Below are positions 46,393 to 56,668 of a stretch of DNA of 64,000 nt, in pieces. The notes below the pieces were generated by a model. The model searched no databases. It was not told the origin of the DNA and was given only the letters and a program-made list of their open reading frames with translations. The position numbers were made by a program, and so were the translations under genes. The stretch's first letter is position 1. Each line of letters starts with the position of its first letter. The stretch lies in IMG/VR virus record IMGVR_UViG_3300034062_005355, one strand, 5' to 3'. This stretch comes from a virus. Its lineage: Duplodnaviria > Caudoviricetes.

Positions 46393-47214
46393 TTATAATT
46401 TTATCATATTTTCTGTATATAAATCATCGGTAATGTATGTTGAATACCCTGTACCGAGCCATTTGATTGGAGCGATGATTTTTTTATTTTTATTTTTTGA
46501 TAAGTAACTACTCCACCAACTGAATGAACTATTTGAGATTATGTGGTGGTCACATAGTGACATAACACATAAATCAACATAAGGTGATTTTGAATTAACA
46601 ACAGTAAAGTTTTCGTCATTTCCCCAAACATTATTGCACCATTCGTAATCGTCAGAGCAAACTACAAAATGGTACTCATCTTTATTAAAATGTTCTATTG
46701 CGGGATTAAAGAAATCTAAACCTGTTAATGGATGATACGGATTAGGTACTGCGGCATCAGTTCTTCTAACATGAATTGACACTAATGTCTTATCTGTCTT
46801 TGGTAGGTATGATTTTGCTGATGTTATAATAGAATCTTTAAATTTTAAAATGTCCATTATTTTATCTGAACAATGTTTAAAATATTTTTCTGATTGTAGA
46901 TAACCATTAACATCCGTGTTGTCTAAAATATTAAACAAGTTTTCATCAAAATGAAAAAATCTTTCACTAACTCTTTTCTCAATTATTAAATCATCAGTGA
47001 AAAATTTTTGGTCAATATCAAAACATTCATTTATTTCAAAATATGCGACAAAAGTCTTGTTTTCTCTTGTTGATGATATGTTTATTTGTTTTAGATTTTT
47101 TTTAGGAAATAAAACTTCATAGTTTAATTTATCCCCAATTCCGATTAAAGATGCGAATTGGAATAGTTGATTACCAAATCTTCCATTGTCACCTATGTTA
47201 CTACATGTTATCAT
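46393..47214 (-). CDS. GT11 alpha-1,2-fucosyltransferase-like (second copy)
   Basis: GRFGNQLFQ, GYLQSEKYF, SIHVRRTD, ISNSSFSWWSSYL. Confidence 0.9.
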   Translation of the reverse strand: MITCSNIGDNGRFGNQLFQFASLIGIGDKLNYEVLFPKKNLKQINISSTRENKTFVAYFEINECFDIDQKFFTDDLIIEKRVSERFFHFDENLFNILDNTDVNGYLQSEKYFKHCSDKIMDILKFKDSIITSAKSYLPKTDKTLVSIHVRRTDAAVPNPYHPLTGLDFFNPAIEHFNKDEYHFVVCSDDYEWCNNVWGNDENFTVVNSKSPYVDLCVMSLCDHHIISNSSFSWWSSYLSKNKNKKIIAPIKWLGTGYSTYITDDLYTENMIKL

Positions 47215-47217
47215 AAT

Positions 47218-48036
47218 TTATTTTTTAAATGTTATCAACCAATGCCAACCAAGTATAGATTCTAAATAACTAAAAATGGATTTTGGTATAAGTTTAATTA
47301 TAGTTTTTTTATTATAGTTATGTTTTATATAATCCTTAATTACATAGGGAAAAATATGGTCTTTTCTAACAGATGTAATTTTAAAATTATTATCTAATTC
47401 CAACAAGTTTATTAATTCTTTTTTAGTGTATGTAAATGCTACAGGACAATCTAATTGAGCTTCAGCGTAATATTGTATTGTTTTATTAAGGTTGAAATTA
47501 AATTTATACCCATTTCTAATGAAAAACTCAAATGTTTTCCATGAGTGTTTTGCATACATCATTATACGAACTTCAGTGTTTTCGTTCATATATTTTTTAA
47601 TTTCGTCAAATACATTTTGTGGTGTTGGGGTATGATGAATAACTCCAAAAGAATATATTAAATCGTATTCTTCAATTGGAACAACTTTGGATAGTTCTTC
47701 AGCGTTTGCACAATAAAAATCGGCATTTAAACCAAAAATTTCAAACCTTTTTTTACACAATTCTAAAGACTTTTCAGATAACTCAACACATGTTAATTTA
47801 GCACCCGCTTTTGCAAAATTTATTGAATCGGTACCTATACCACATCCAATTTCTAAAACTTTTTTTCCTTTCCACTTTTCAAATTCTGCAAATTCTGGTA
47901 TGTGTGGTTCTACAAAATATTTACGATGTTCTACGTCGTTAAAGTATTCTTTACTACCAATTTCTTTTTTTGAATGTCTAATATTACATGGTCTACTATT
48001 CCAATAATTTTTAACATCTTTTACTGTTTTTGTCAT
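47218..48036 (-). CDS. Class I SAM-dependent methyltransferase
   Basis: [25 protein letters not shown]. Confidence 0.9.
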   Translation of the reverse strand: MTKTVKDVKNYWNSRPCNIRHSKKEIGSKEYFNDVEHRKYFVEPHIPEFAEFEKWKGKKVLEIGCGIGTDSINFAKAGAKLTCVELSEKSLELCKKRFEIFGLNADFYCANAEELSKVVPIEEYDLIYSFGVIHHTPTPQNVFDEIKKYMNENTEVRIMMYAKHSWKTFEFFIRNGYKFNFNLNKTIQYYAEAQLDCPVAFTYTKKELINLLELDNNFKITSVRKDHIFPYVIKDYIKHNYNKKTIIKLIPKSIFSYLESILGWHWLITFKK

Positions 48037-48743
48037 ATTTTATTGTAAGGTGTTTTATTTCTAATTATGTTTACAATTGAATTTACCATTGGCATATTAA
48101 CCTTATGGTCATTCAAAGGATTATTTTCGTTATAAATGTAAGTTATTGTTGAAATATGTCTATAATGTTTTTCACCTGACATTTCAAACATTGGAAACAT
48201 AAACGCCAAATCGCCTGCTACACTCCAATAGTTTCCTTCAGAATCTTGTAAATCTTCTTCTTTAATTTTTTTCCATAACCAAGATTTCCATGTTCGTAAA
48301 TGTGATAGAGTAAACCCTTGCTGTCTAATGTTATTAAAACTTGTGGGTGGTGTTGAAAATCCTTGAGAGCCATTACTATACTTAAATGAACCACTTGTCA
48401 TCCAGACATTTTCATCTTGGTAAGTTTCATTAATTAATCCTAACACATTTGAATTTGGTAACCAATCATCCCCATCAATTTCAACACAAATTTCATCATC
48501 AGGAACATTAAGACCACGAATGACTTGGTCATAATTCCCTGGTTGATACATCTTTGTTTTGTTTTCAATTAAAACAAATCTGTCATCCCCTTGTATTGTT
48601 TTTTTAATTATTTCAACCGTATTATCAGTAGATAAATCATCTGTTATATAACAAGTAAAATCTTTAAATCTTTGAGTCATAATTGTCATCAAAGATTTTT
48701 CAATAAAGTTTTCGCAGTTATATGATGTTGTTAAGATTATCAT
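48033..48743 (-). CDS. GT2 glycosyltransferase
   Basis: [20 protein letters not shown]. Confidence 0.88.
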   Translation of the reverse strand: MIILTTSYNCENFIEKSLMTIMTQRFKDFTCYITDDLSTDNTVEIIKKTIQGDDRFVLIENKTKMYQPGNYDQVIRGLNVPDDEICVEIDGDDWLPNSNVLGLINETYQDENVWMTSGSFKYSNGSQGFSTPPTSFNNIRQQGFTLSHLRTWKSWLWKKIKEEDLQDSEGNYWSVAGDLAFMFPMFEMSGEKHYRHISTITYIYNENNPLNDHKVNMPMVNSIVNIIRNKTPYNKI

Positions 48744-49900
48744 TATAGGGTAATTTTGTATCCTTGAGGGTTAGTCCCTGGTTTAAAGAATTTTAATCTG
48801 TTATTATAAGATTCACTCATTTGTTGTAACTTATTTGTAATTGCATCAATTTCAATAACATGTAAGGTATAACCTTCATTTAACAAATCAACACACAATT
48901 GGAATTGTTGTGACTCCTCTATAATATCAGTACCTTTTTTATAGGTAATATAATCCATTACAAATGGTACCATTCTATCAGGATTTTTTTGAATAAAATA
49001 GTCCTTAATGAAATTAGCGTGTTCTTTATTAAAATTGTCTACAGTTAAAGGTAAATTCAACTCCATTCCAAGATTTTTTGCAAAATGACCTAACGCTCGG
49101 TTATCTCTTGGTAAACAAGGACCACCAAATCCAAATCCATATTTTAAGTATTTTTTACCAACTCTTGAGTCTCCACCAATTGCACTTAAAACCATATCAA
49201 TTTCACTTTGAATACCAGCCTTAATCATAATTTGTCCCATCATGTTTGCATAACTAATCTTTGTTGTTAAAAAGCAGTTAATGCCAATTTTGGTTATTTC
49301 TGCAGCTTTTGGTGACATTACATAAGCATTAACAGGTGTGGTTTGAATCTTATTATAAATTTCAATTAATTGATTTGATAGTTCAGTATAGTCAGTCCCA
49401 ATTAAAACAATGTCTGATTGTTCAAGACCTTTTACTATTTCACCTTGAGCAATGAATTCAGGGTTATATGCAACCTGAATGTTAAACATGTTTAATCTTG
49501 TTTGGATTTGTTCTACATCACCAGGGTTAGTTGTACATCCGACAATGAATTTCTTTTCGTATAAAGGGATGTTTAATGACGATGCGGTATAAAAATCTGC
49601 AACAACTTCAAATACTCTTGTTGTGTCGTAATTACCGTCTAATGTTGATGGGGTTGCAACGAATGTAAAAATAACATCAGAGTTTTCAATAACCTCAATA
49701 TTTTTAGTTGTTGCACTAAAATTTTTTGAATCCAACAACATTGATTGGATTAATGGTTCGTTTGTTAAACAAATTTTTTGGTTTAAGTTAAAGACATAAT
49801 CTTCTCTAACATCAGATACAATTACTTCGTATCCGTTTTTTTCACATAATAGAGCAAAAGTTAATCCTAATCTGCCTGCTCCGATAATTCCTATTTTCAT
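48743..49900 (-). CDS. UDP-glucose/GDP-mannose dehydrogenase family
   Basis: GAGRLG, FVATPS, YNPEFIAQG, AEITKIGINCFL, GFGFGGPCLPRD. Confidence 0.9.
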   Translation of the reverse strand: MKIGIIGAGRLGLTFALLCEKNGYEVIVSDVREDYVFNLNQKICLTNEPLIQSMLLDSKNFSATTKNIEVIENSDVIFTFVATPSTLDGNYDTTRVFEVVADFYTASSLNIPLYEKKFIVGCTTNPGDVEQIQTRLNMFNIQVAYNPEFIAQGEIVKGLEQSDIVLIGTDYTELSNQLIEIYNKIQTTPVNAYVMSPKAAEITKIGINCFLTTKISYANMMGQIMIKAGIQSEIDMVLSAIGGDSRVGKKYLKYGFGFGGPCLPRDNRALGHFAKNLGMELNLPLTVDNFNKEHANFIKDYFIQKNPDRMVPFVMDYITYKKGTDIIEESQQFQLCVDLLNEGYTLHVIEIDAITNKLQQMSESYNNRLKFFKPGTNPQGYKITL

Positions 49901-50676
49901 ATTATTTCGTTTTGTTTTAAATCAAAGATTGGTATTGAAACCATTTTATGTTTATTTTTTTCATTAAAGTTTTGGTACGTTTGGAGAACTTTAAATTCTT
50001 TTTCGGTGTGTGATATTTTATTAATACCATATTCCATAACCCATTCTAACTCTTCATAAGTAGCACCAATTTGAGATTCATCGTTTCTATCATCATCCCA
50101 TAAACCGTCTGTTGGTGTTGCATCAATAATTTCTTGAGGAACTCCCAAATAACGACCAAGTTCTCTAACCTCTGTTTTATATAAATCGGCAATTGGAGAA
50201 ATATCAACACCACCATCACCATACTTGGTAAAAAACCCAACACCAAAATCCTCAACTTTATTTCCTGTTCCTATAACAATACCACTTGTAACTGTTGCTA
50301 TATGGTATAATGTCATCATTCTTAATCTTGATTTGCTATTCGCATTAGCCAATTCAGATTTAAACGTTTGAGACATAAGGGTTTCAAAGGATTTAAATGT
50401 CTCACTTAATTCAATTTCAACCGTCTTAACATTTAATTTGGATAAAAACTCTAATTGAAGGTTTGATAATGTTGTATTATTAAGTTTTGAATTCAACGGC
50501 ATTCCAACAGCGATTGTTGGAATCCCCGTTTTTGCACATAAAGTAGAGACAACTGCGGAATCAATTCCACCTGAAACACCAATTACTAAAGTTTTGATGT
50601 TGTTGTTTAATACATAATTTTCAATCCAACGTTGTATTTCGTTTGATAAATTTTCGTAATCTATAATTCTATTCAT
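49897..50676 (-). CDS. nadE: NH3-dependent NAD+ synthetase
   Basis: IGVSGGIDSAV, NSKSRLRM, GTGNKVE, FTKYGDGGVD, IADLYKTEV, TPTDGLW. Confidence 0.93.
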   Translation of the reverse strand: MNRIIDYENLSNEIQRWIENYVLNNNIKTLVIGVSGGIDSAVVSTLCAKTGIPTIAVGMPLNSKLNNTTLSNLQLEFLSKLNVKTVEIELSETFKSFETLMSQTFKSELANANSKSRLRMMTLYHIATVTSGIVIGTGNKVEDFGVGFFTKYGDGGVDISPIADLYKTEVRELGRYLGVPQEIIDATPTDGLWDDDRNDESQIGATYEELEWVMEYGINKISHTEKEFKVLQTYQNFNEKNKHKMVSIPIFDLKQNEII

Positions 50677-52313
50677 TATAAAATTTTTATATACTCGTTT
50701 TTTATTTGTTGAGCAACTTTTAAAGTATTGTATTTTTCAATATCTACAGGAGGGTCAAATTTTTCTTTAGATAAGATAAACCCACCAGCATCTACTTTGT
50801 ATATCCAACTTGGTTTACCACACATCCATCCTTCAATAGTTGTTCTACCTAATTGAATTCCTGCTGTCTCATAAGATTTAAAAATATAATTTTCAATATT
50901 CCATGTTGATGGGAAATGTTTTACGTGAGATTCTAATAAAACGTTTTCCAAATAATTTCCATTGTTTTCACCTACTAACCACAATTCTTTACCAATTTCT
51001 CTGGTGTATTCAATTAAATCTAAAATTGACTCTTTTCTTAAATAATCTATAGTACCAACAAATAACACATAATTTTCTGATGGTATATTTTTTGGTTGGA
51101 ATTTTTCATTGTCAACTGGATTATATATAACCTCAATCATTTCTTCAGGTACATCAAAATTTTGAATTAAATGAGATTTAATCTCAGGTCTAATTGCGAT
51201 GAATTTTTTTATACTTTCGTGTATTACTGGATTTTCTAACTCTTTAGACATAACCTCAGAATGTATTGTACAAATTTTATCTAATTCGGGGTACATACTA
51301 AGTATTCTTTCCGCAACAGGTTTGTGTTGGATATGAATAATATCATAATCAACTTCAGATATACGATATAATGCGTTTGGTGTAGATGGTGTAAAACCTT
51401 CAGGTGTGTTCATTCCCCATTGACCATCGCCAAGTTTAAACCCTGGTGCGTTTTCAAATGAAATACATTTAATACCTAATTTTTTTGCCATATCTGTAAG
51501 TGGACCTCCAATTTGAGAAAGAATGGTAACACTACAATTTAATTTCATTAAACTTTTGGCTAACTCATAAACATATAATTCTGAACCAGTAAACCCTCTA
51601 AAAAATAAACAAGATATTAATACTTTTAATCTTTTGTTTGGGTCAAAAGGAATTTTACTTGGTAAATTTTTACCGTACTTTTGAACAAAAAATTCTCTGT
51701 TTTGCTCCCATTGTTCATTAGTTTGTCCAATAGATTTGTGAGTAATTCTAATATTAGTAATTACACCAACCTTGACACCTTCTAAATGATTTTTAAAACA
51801 AAATGCTATATCATAAAAGTGAAACCCTTTAAAATCTTCATCAAAATTATGTTTAATCTTTGATTTACTTAACGCAATAAAAAGACCATCAACAATTGCA
51901 GTCTGTCTAATTGATTTACCAAAATCTTCAGAATATTTTGATGTCCATTTTTTTCCACCATTTTCGTGGTTAACAATACCAATCATATTTTTTCTACGAT
52001 TGGTTTCCCACCATTTACCAGTTTCTGACATATGTGTGGTTCCAGCAACACCTAAAATACCATACTCACTACTTTCAAAATGAGTCTTCAATTTGTAGTA
52101 CCAACTATTGGTATCAAAGTAAATGTCGTCATGACACAATACAACTATGTCAGTTTTTGATTCTTCAAGTATTTCATTATAAACTTGAGAAAGGGATTTC
52201 TCCCCATTATTAATTTTTTCTATCACTTCAATTTTCTTGAAACCTGAACTTTTTTTCAAGTATTCAATAAATTTTGGATTATGTTCTCTTGTTGAGTATC
52301 CTACTGTTATCAT
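50676..52313 (-). CDS. Two-domain glycosyltransferase (GT-A + GT-B)
   Basis: VLCHDDIYF, VDGLF, GFHFYD; then FTGSELY, FVGTIDYLR, GRTTIEGWMCGKP. Confidence 0.82.
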   Translation of the reverse strand: MITVGYSTREHNPKFIEYLKKSSGFKKIEVIEKINNGEKSLSQVYNEILEESKTDIVVLCHDDIYFDTNSWYYKLKTHFESSEYGILGVAGTTHMSETGKWWETNRRKNMIGIVNHENGGKKWTSKYSEDFGKSIRQTAIVDGLFIALSKSKIKHNFDEDFKGFHFYDIAFCFKNHLEGVKVGVITNIRITHKSIGQTNEQWEQNREFFVQKYGKNLPSKIPFDPNKRLKVLISCLFFRGFTGSELYVYELAKSLMKLNCSVTILSQIGGPLTDMAKKLGIKCISFENAPGFKLGDGQWGMNTPEGFTPSTPNALYRISEVDYDIIHIQHKPVAERILSMYPELDKICTIHSEVMSKELENPVIHESIKKFIAIRPEIKSHLIQNFDVPEEMIEVIYNPVDNEKFQPKNIPSENYVLFVGTIDYLRKESILDLIEYTREIGKELWLVGENNGNYLENVLLESHVKHFPSTWNIENYIFKSYETAGIQLGRTTIEGWMCGKPSWIYKVDAGGFILSKEKFDPPVDIEKYNTLKVAQQIKNEYIKIL

Positions 52314-52696
52314 TTAAAAACTTCTATTTTGTGTTCTACTTTTATTAATTCTCCCCATCTACCATCATACCTTGTTGCTCTAACAATATGATTATCAATC
52401 CAATGGTAGTTACCACCCCTTGGCTTGTTAAACAAGATGTTATGGTATTTAAAACCATGTTTATCTAACCATTGTTTGGTGACAATTTCGTGTTCATCTG
52501 TTCTTGATGTAAAGAAAGTAATGATATGACCATCATCAAACCAAGAATTAATTATTTCAACAGAACCATCATATGGTAATGATGTTTCCATTCTCCAAGG
52601 TTCTTCGTTTGGAATATCATCGGTGATTGTTCCATCAATGTCAATTAAATAATTTTTAACACCATCAGGTAATGCGGGACTAATATTATTTTCCAT
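52310..52696 (-). CDS. Small HAD-family phosphatase
   Basis: YLIDIDGTI, FFTSR, NKPRG, WIDN. Confidence 0.8.
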   Translation of the reverse strand: MENNISPALPDGVKNYLIDIDGTITDDIPNEEPWRMETSLPYDGSVEIINSWFDDGHIITFFTSRTDEHEIVTKQWLDKHGFKYHNILFNKPRGGNYHWIDNHIVRATRYDGRWGELIKVEHKIEVFK

Positions 52697-53316
52697 TATA
52701 TTCCTGTACTACCAAAACCGTTGTTACCTCTATCTTTATCCTCAACTTGACCAACTTGTTCAATGCTAACATATTTACCTTGAACTACGGGGCATAAAAC
52801 ACCTTGACCCACTTTCATTCCTTTTGGAATTGTTACTGTTGTGTTGTTGGTGTTAAACACAATAACTTGTATTTCGCCAGTATATCCTTGGTCTACTGTT
52901 CCTGGAGTGTTAAGAACTGTTAATCCTTGTTTAATAGCTAAACCACTTTTTGGTCTAACTTGTATTTCATAACCTTCTTCAAAAGAAACTTTTAGACCTG
53001 TTGGAATTAAAGCTCTGCCAAATGGCCCAATAATAACCTCTTCAGTTGCATGTAAATCAAACCCTGAATCTGAAGGGTATGCGTATTTTGGAAGAACCGC
53101 GTCTTCATGTACTAATTCAACTTTAATTGTTCTTAATTTAGCAATATTGTTAATTTCTTTTTCCATATCTTCAAATGAAAGACCTAACATGTCTTCTAAT
53201 TCTTTTTGATATTCTTCGTCGGGTTGAATACCCATTTCAGATTGAATTTTTTTAAATTGTTTTTCAATCTCTTCTCTAATTTTTGGGTCAAAATGACCAA
53301 GTTGTCCTAAATCCAT
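52696..53316 (-). CDS. dut: dUTPase (trimeric) with N-terminal extension
   Basis: SGFDL, RPKSGLA, GTVDQGYTGEI, RGNNGFGSTG. Confidence 0.95.
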   Translation of the reverse strand: MDLGQLGHFDPKIREEIEKQFKKIQSEMGIQPDEEYQKELEDMLGLSFEDMEKEINNIAKLRTIKVELVHEDAVLPKYAYPSDSGFDLHATEEVIIGPFGRALIPTGLKVSFEEGYEIQVRPKSGLAIKQGLTVLNTPGTVDQGYTGEIQVIVFNTNNTTVTIPKGMKVGQGVLCPVVQGKYVSIEQVGQVEDKDRGNNGFGSTGI

Positions 53317-54017
53317 TATTTTAATTCGTTTAATTTTTTTATTACATCAATTAATACTGACACATCTTTTTCACAATATTTTACAATACCTTTAATATCT
53401 TTTTTAATCCAAAAAGCATCGTGAACTTTATTACCTGTAATTTCCATTGTTTTAGATGACTCAACACCTAAACAAACACACATAAGTTCTAATGAAGCAA
53501 TTGAACCATATCCACCATATTGCCATACTTCTTTGGTATCTAACGCTTTAATTTCCCATGGTTTTGTGTCGTGACCTGGTAAAATTTTAGGTGGCATGAT
53601 ACCATTCATAATCATTCTTTTTGCCATCATTGGAATATCAAATCCTTTTACATTGTGACCACATAAGTAAAACCCAAGTTCACCAACTCTATATAGAAGT
53701 TTTTGAACATCTTGTAATAGTTTCTTTTCATCAGGATCGCTAAATGATTGCATTTTAACATCACCTTTATCTGTTACGAATGCAACGCTAACACATGCAA
53801 TTCTTGCGAATTCAGGAACCAATGCCGATCTATTTACAAACATCTGACCAACACCTTTATCGGCGTCTTCAGGAAATCTTTTTTGAAACCAATCAAAATA
53901 GTTTTCAAATTGAAATGAGAGAGCTTCGTTATATTTGACCAAAGAATCCCAATCAGGTTGAACACCTACAGTTTCAATGTCTAAGAATAATAATTTTGTA
54001 ATTGGTATGTTTATCAT
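53316..54017 (-). CDS. 3'-5' exonuclease (DEDD, PolB-exonuclease-like)
   Basis: FLDIETV, GHNVKGFDIP, YCEKDV. Confidence 0.88.
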   Translation of the reverse strand: MINIPITKLLFLDIETVGVQPDWDSLVKYNEALSFQFENYFDWFQKRFPEDADKGVGQMFVNRSALVPEFARIACVSVAFVTDKGDVKMQSFSDPDEKKLLQDVQKLLYRVGELGFYLCGHNVKGFDIPMMAKRMIMNGIMPPKILPGHDTKPWEIKALDTKEVWQYGGYGSIASLELMCVCLGVESSKTMEITGNKVHDAFWIKKDIKGIVKYCEKDVSVLIDVIKKLNELK

Positions 54018-55222
54018 TTGATTATTGATTTATAAAATTGTGCCCTATCTTTTGTTACGTTATTTAAATCGTATTTGTCTTTAACCGTTTCATATAATCT
54101 TTCACCCATGTCTTTTGCCATATTTGGGTTTTTAAGTAATTTTTCAATGTATTTAGACCAATCAGAATGATTTCTTTTCTCATCTACTAACATTGCATTT
54201 CCGTCAACATATTCACCATTTTTTAAACAATGTTTTAAATCAATAGTGTAAGGTCCAATATCAGAGGCAATAATCGCTTTTTTATAGAAACCAGCCTCAA
54301 TAACTTTTAATTGTGATTTAACTCTATTAAAAAGATGGTTTTTAATTGGTGCCAAAGATACATCAAATTTTGAATAATTCTTAGCATAAGATGTAACAGG
54401 TTTTGTCCACACTCGTAAATAAGGTTCATTCATTTCGTTTGGAAATGATTCTTGAGTGTAATTTAATAAGAATTTTTTATAATCTTCAGAAACAGTTGTT
54501 AGATTTTGTGTAAAGATTTTTTCATATTGTGCCCAAACAGTTTCATGAGGTAAGATGTTTCTTTGTTTTTGTTCTTTTGTTTGTTGATTTATTTCAGTAA
54601 CCGTACCTCTAGTGTCAAATCCACATAAAACAAATTGTAACTTGTCTTTATACTGAGATAATCTTCCTAAATCTAATAATTGTAAGTCATGTAAGTGAGA
54701 TGAACCACCTAACCAACCAACTCTTAATCGGTCTGATTCAGGGGTGGGCTCTTTAAATTGTGGTTCGTTTGGATTAATTGCGTTAGGAAATACGACAACA
54801 TTCTTGTTTAATTTTTTAATTTCATCCGCAAAAATTGTTGTGGTTGTTGTAACATATTTTGAAACCTTAAGATTTGCCATGATTTTTTCGTTAATCTTAT
54901 TAACTCTAATAATATCATGAATTGGATGTTCTTTTCCTGGCATCCAATAGTCATCAATATCACAAACCGTTATAATCTCTAATGAGTTTAACATTTGGAT
55001 TAATCTGTTAGCCCTATCAAAATCAGAACCAATACTTCTATGGAATACAACAATTTGATACCCTTTCCAAAAATTCATATCATCGTATGATGGTTCGTAA
55101 ATAATATCTACGTGGAAATCGTCACCGTAAAGATTTTGTAAAAAGACGTGAGGGTCTACTGACCTAAATTTACCCACACCTGTTCTATCAGAGGGGACAA
55201 CTAATACTTTGATTTTAGACAT
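54014..55222 (-). CDS. Glycosyltransferase, GT-B fold
   Basis: CDIDDYW, VGWLGGSSHLHDL, DVSLAPI..NRVKSQLKVIEAG..IIASD. Confidence 0.85.
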   Translation of the reverse strand: MSKIKVLVVPSDRTGVGKFRSVDPHVFLQNLYGDDFHVDIIYEPSYDDMNFWKGYQIVVFHRSIGSDFDRANRLIQMLNSLEIITVCDIDDYWMPGKEHPIHDIIRVNKINEKIMANLKVSKYVTTTTTIFADEIKKLNKNVVVFPNAINPNEPQFKEPTPESDRLRVGWLGGSSHLHDLQLLDLGRLSQYKDKLQFVLCGFDTRGTVTEINQQTKEQKQRNILPHETVWAQYEKIFTQNLTTVSEDYKKFLLNYTQESFPNEMNEPYLRVWTKPVTSYAKNYSKFDVSLAPIKNHLFNRVKSQLKVIEAGFYKKAIIASDIGPYTIDLKHCLKNGEYVDGNAMLVDEKRNHSDWSKYIEKLLKNPNMAKDMGERLYETVKDKYDLNNVTKDRAQFYKSIIK

Positions 55223-55278
55223 AATAAATTAATATATTTTATCAAAATATAGTAATTCACGACTAATAAATAAAGCGG

Positions 55279-55914
55279 TTAGGATAATTTTTTAATTTTG
55301 GTAACTTTACCCTCAAAGATGTGTTTACCAACTTTAAAACTAAAAACTTCGTTTGATTTTTCAGAACTTTCGGTTATTAAACCATTTTCATGTAATGCAT
55401 CATTAACCGCTTCATTAATCATTTTTTTGATTAATTTATAGTCAATTCCTCCTACAGATGGTTGTGTTTGTTGAACTTGTTGTTTTGGTTTTGCCGATTC
55501 AGGAATATATCCTTCTTTGTTTGTATTCATTAATCTTGACGCTCTTTCAATCAAATCATTAGATATTGTTGTATTTTGTTGTTGGGGTTGTCCAATAGGA
55601 TGTTCCATCATTAACCTTTTAATTTCATCAGGTAATTTAGAATTTTTAATTGCGTCTACTGTAGGAACTCCAACTGGCTTGGTGTTTTCTCTTGGTACAT
55701 TTGAAAGGTAAGGTTGTTGTGTTTGTTGTGTTTCCTGTAAAAATTCTGCAGGAATATTGTATTTTGCGTTTGGAATGTCAAATGTTTCAGGTGAATTTAG
55801 TTGTTGTAATGATGTCGGTGGTAATCCTCCGTTCATAGAATTTGAACTTTTAATTCCATCTGATTTATCCATAATTGCTTTAGACAAAGCTAATTTTTCC
55901 ATTAATCTATCCAT
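55279..55914 (-). CDS. Hypothetical Q/P-rich protein
   Basis: 211-aa ORF. Confidence 0.75.
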   Translation of the reverse strand: MDRLMEKLALSKAIMDKSDGIKSSNSMNGGLPPTSLQQLNSPETFDIPNAKYNIPAEFLQETQQTQQPYLSNVPRENTKPVGVPTVDAIKNSKLPDEIKRLMMEHPIGQPQQQNTTISNDLIERASRLMNTNKEGYIPESAKPKQQVQQTQPSVGGIDYKLIKKMINEAVNDALHENGLITESSEKSNEVFSFKVGKHIFEGKVTKIKKLS

Positions 55915-55915
55915 A

Positions 55916-56371
55916 TTATGTTATATTTTCTTCTTCGGGTGTTTGAGGTTGAGTTGGTGGTGTTTGAGGTTGTGGTGTTTGAGGATTATTATCAAACTTA
56001 GCATTTATTATAACACTGACCATACTTTTATCACCGTTAAAATTATAACCTGGTTTAGGTTCATTGTAAACCTCACCTGTAGGTTTGTTTGATAGTATTT
56101 TATCTAATCTAAAAAGTCTCCAACCAGGCAATGGTTGTTCACCCTTATATCCTGTATGAGACGCTCCTTCACTATCCCACGCCCTTAAAACTTTATTACC
56201 CGCTTTACTAACTCCTAAGCATACAGGTTCAATTTGACGTATACCTCTACCACCTGGTTCGTCACCATCATAGTAAATAATAACGACTTTTCGTCCTTTA
56301 ATAGCATCAATAATACTATCTAAAGAAGCAATTTCGCAAATTAAACCTTTTAACGCTCCTTGTAGTTTCAT
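55916..56371 (-). CDS. Stand-alone WYL-domain protein
   Basis: IYYDG...RQIEPVCLG...VLRAWD...WRLFRLDKI. Confidence 0.8.
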   Translation of the reverse strand: MKLQGALKGLICEIASLDSIIDAIKGRKVVIIYYDGDEPGGRGIRQIEPVCLGVSKAGNKVLRAWDSEGASHTGYKGEQPLPGWRLFRLDKILSNKPTGEVYNEPKPGYNFNGDKSMVSVIINAKFDNNPQTPQPQTPPTQPQTPEEENIT

Positions 56372-56664
56372 TAGAAATTAGGGTATACTTTTGACGAGTT
56401 AAATTTATTGATTTTTATTTCACTTTTTCTTTCAACAACGTCTTCAATTGTTCCTGCTCCCGTGTTATATACGTCTAAGAACTCTCCAGTTCCTCTACCT
56501 AAAGAGTCTCCGTCAGCGATAGCGTCTTTATTAACTACTGAGTATTCATTACCAACTTTATTGTAGTCGTTTTTTGGAATTAATTTAGCTCTTTCTTGGT
56601 CGGCGACAGCGGAAAGTGTGTTTGGTTCCGTTTGATTTAAATCAACAGGTGTTTGTTGTGCCAT
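56371..56664 (-). CDS. Hypothetical protein
   Basis: 97-aa ORF in operon. Confidence 0.75.
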   Translation of the reverse strand: MAQQTPVDLNQTEPNTLSAVADQERAKLIPKNDYNKVGNEYSVVNKDAIADGDSLGRGTGEFLDVYNTGAGTIEDVVERKSEIKINKFNSSKVYPNF

Positions 56665-56668
56665 ATTA

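Noticed and set aside
36568-55222. Host capsule/LPS locus (cellular contamination or host chromosome)
   Set aside because: No flippase, polymerase, chain-length or ABC export genes; interleaved with PhoH, dUTPase, exonuclease and a gp55-like sigma, and continuous with phage structural genes.
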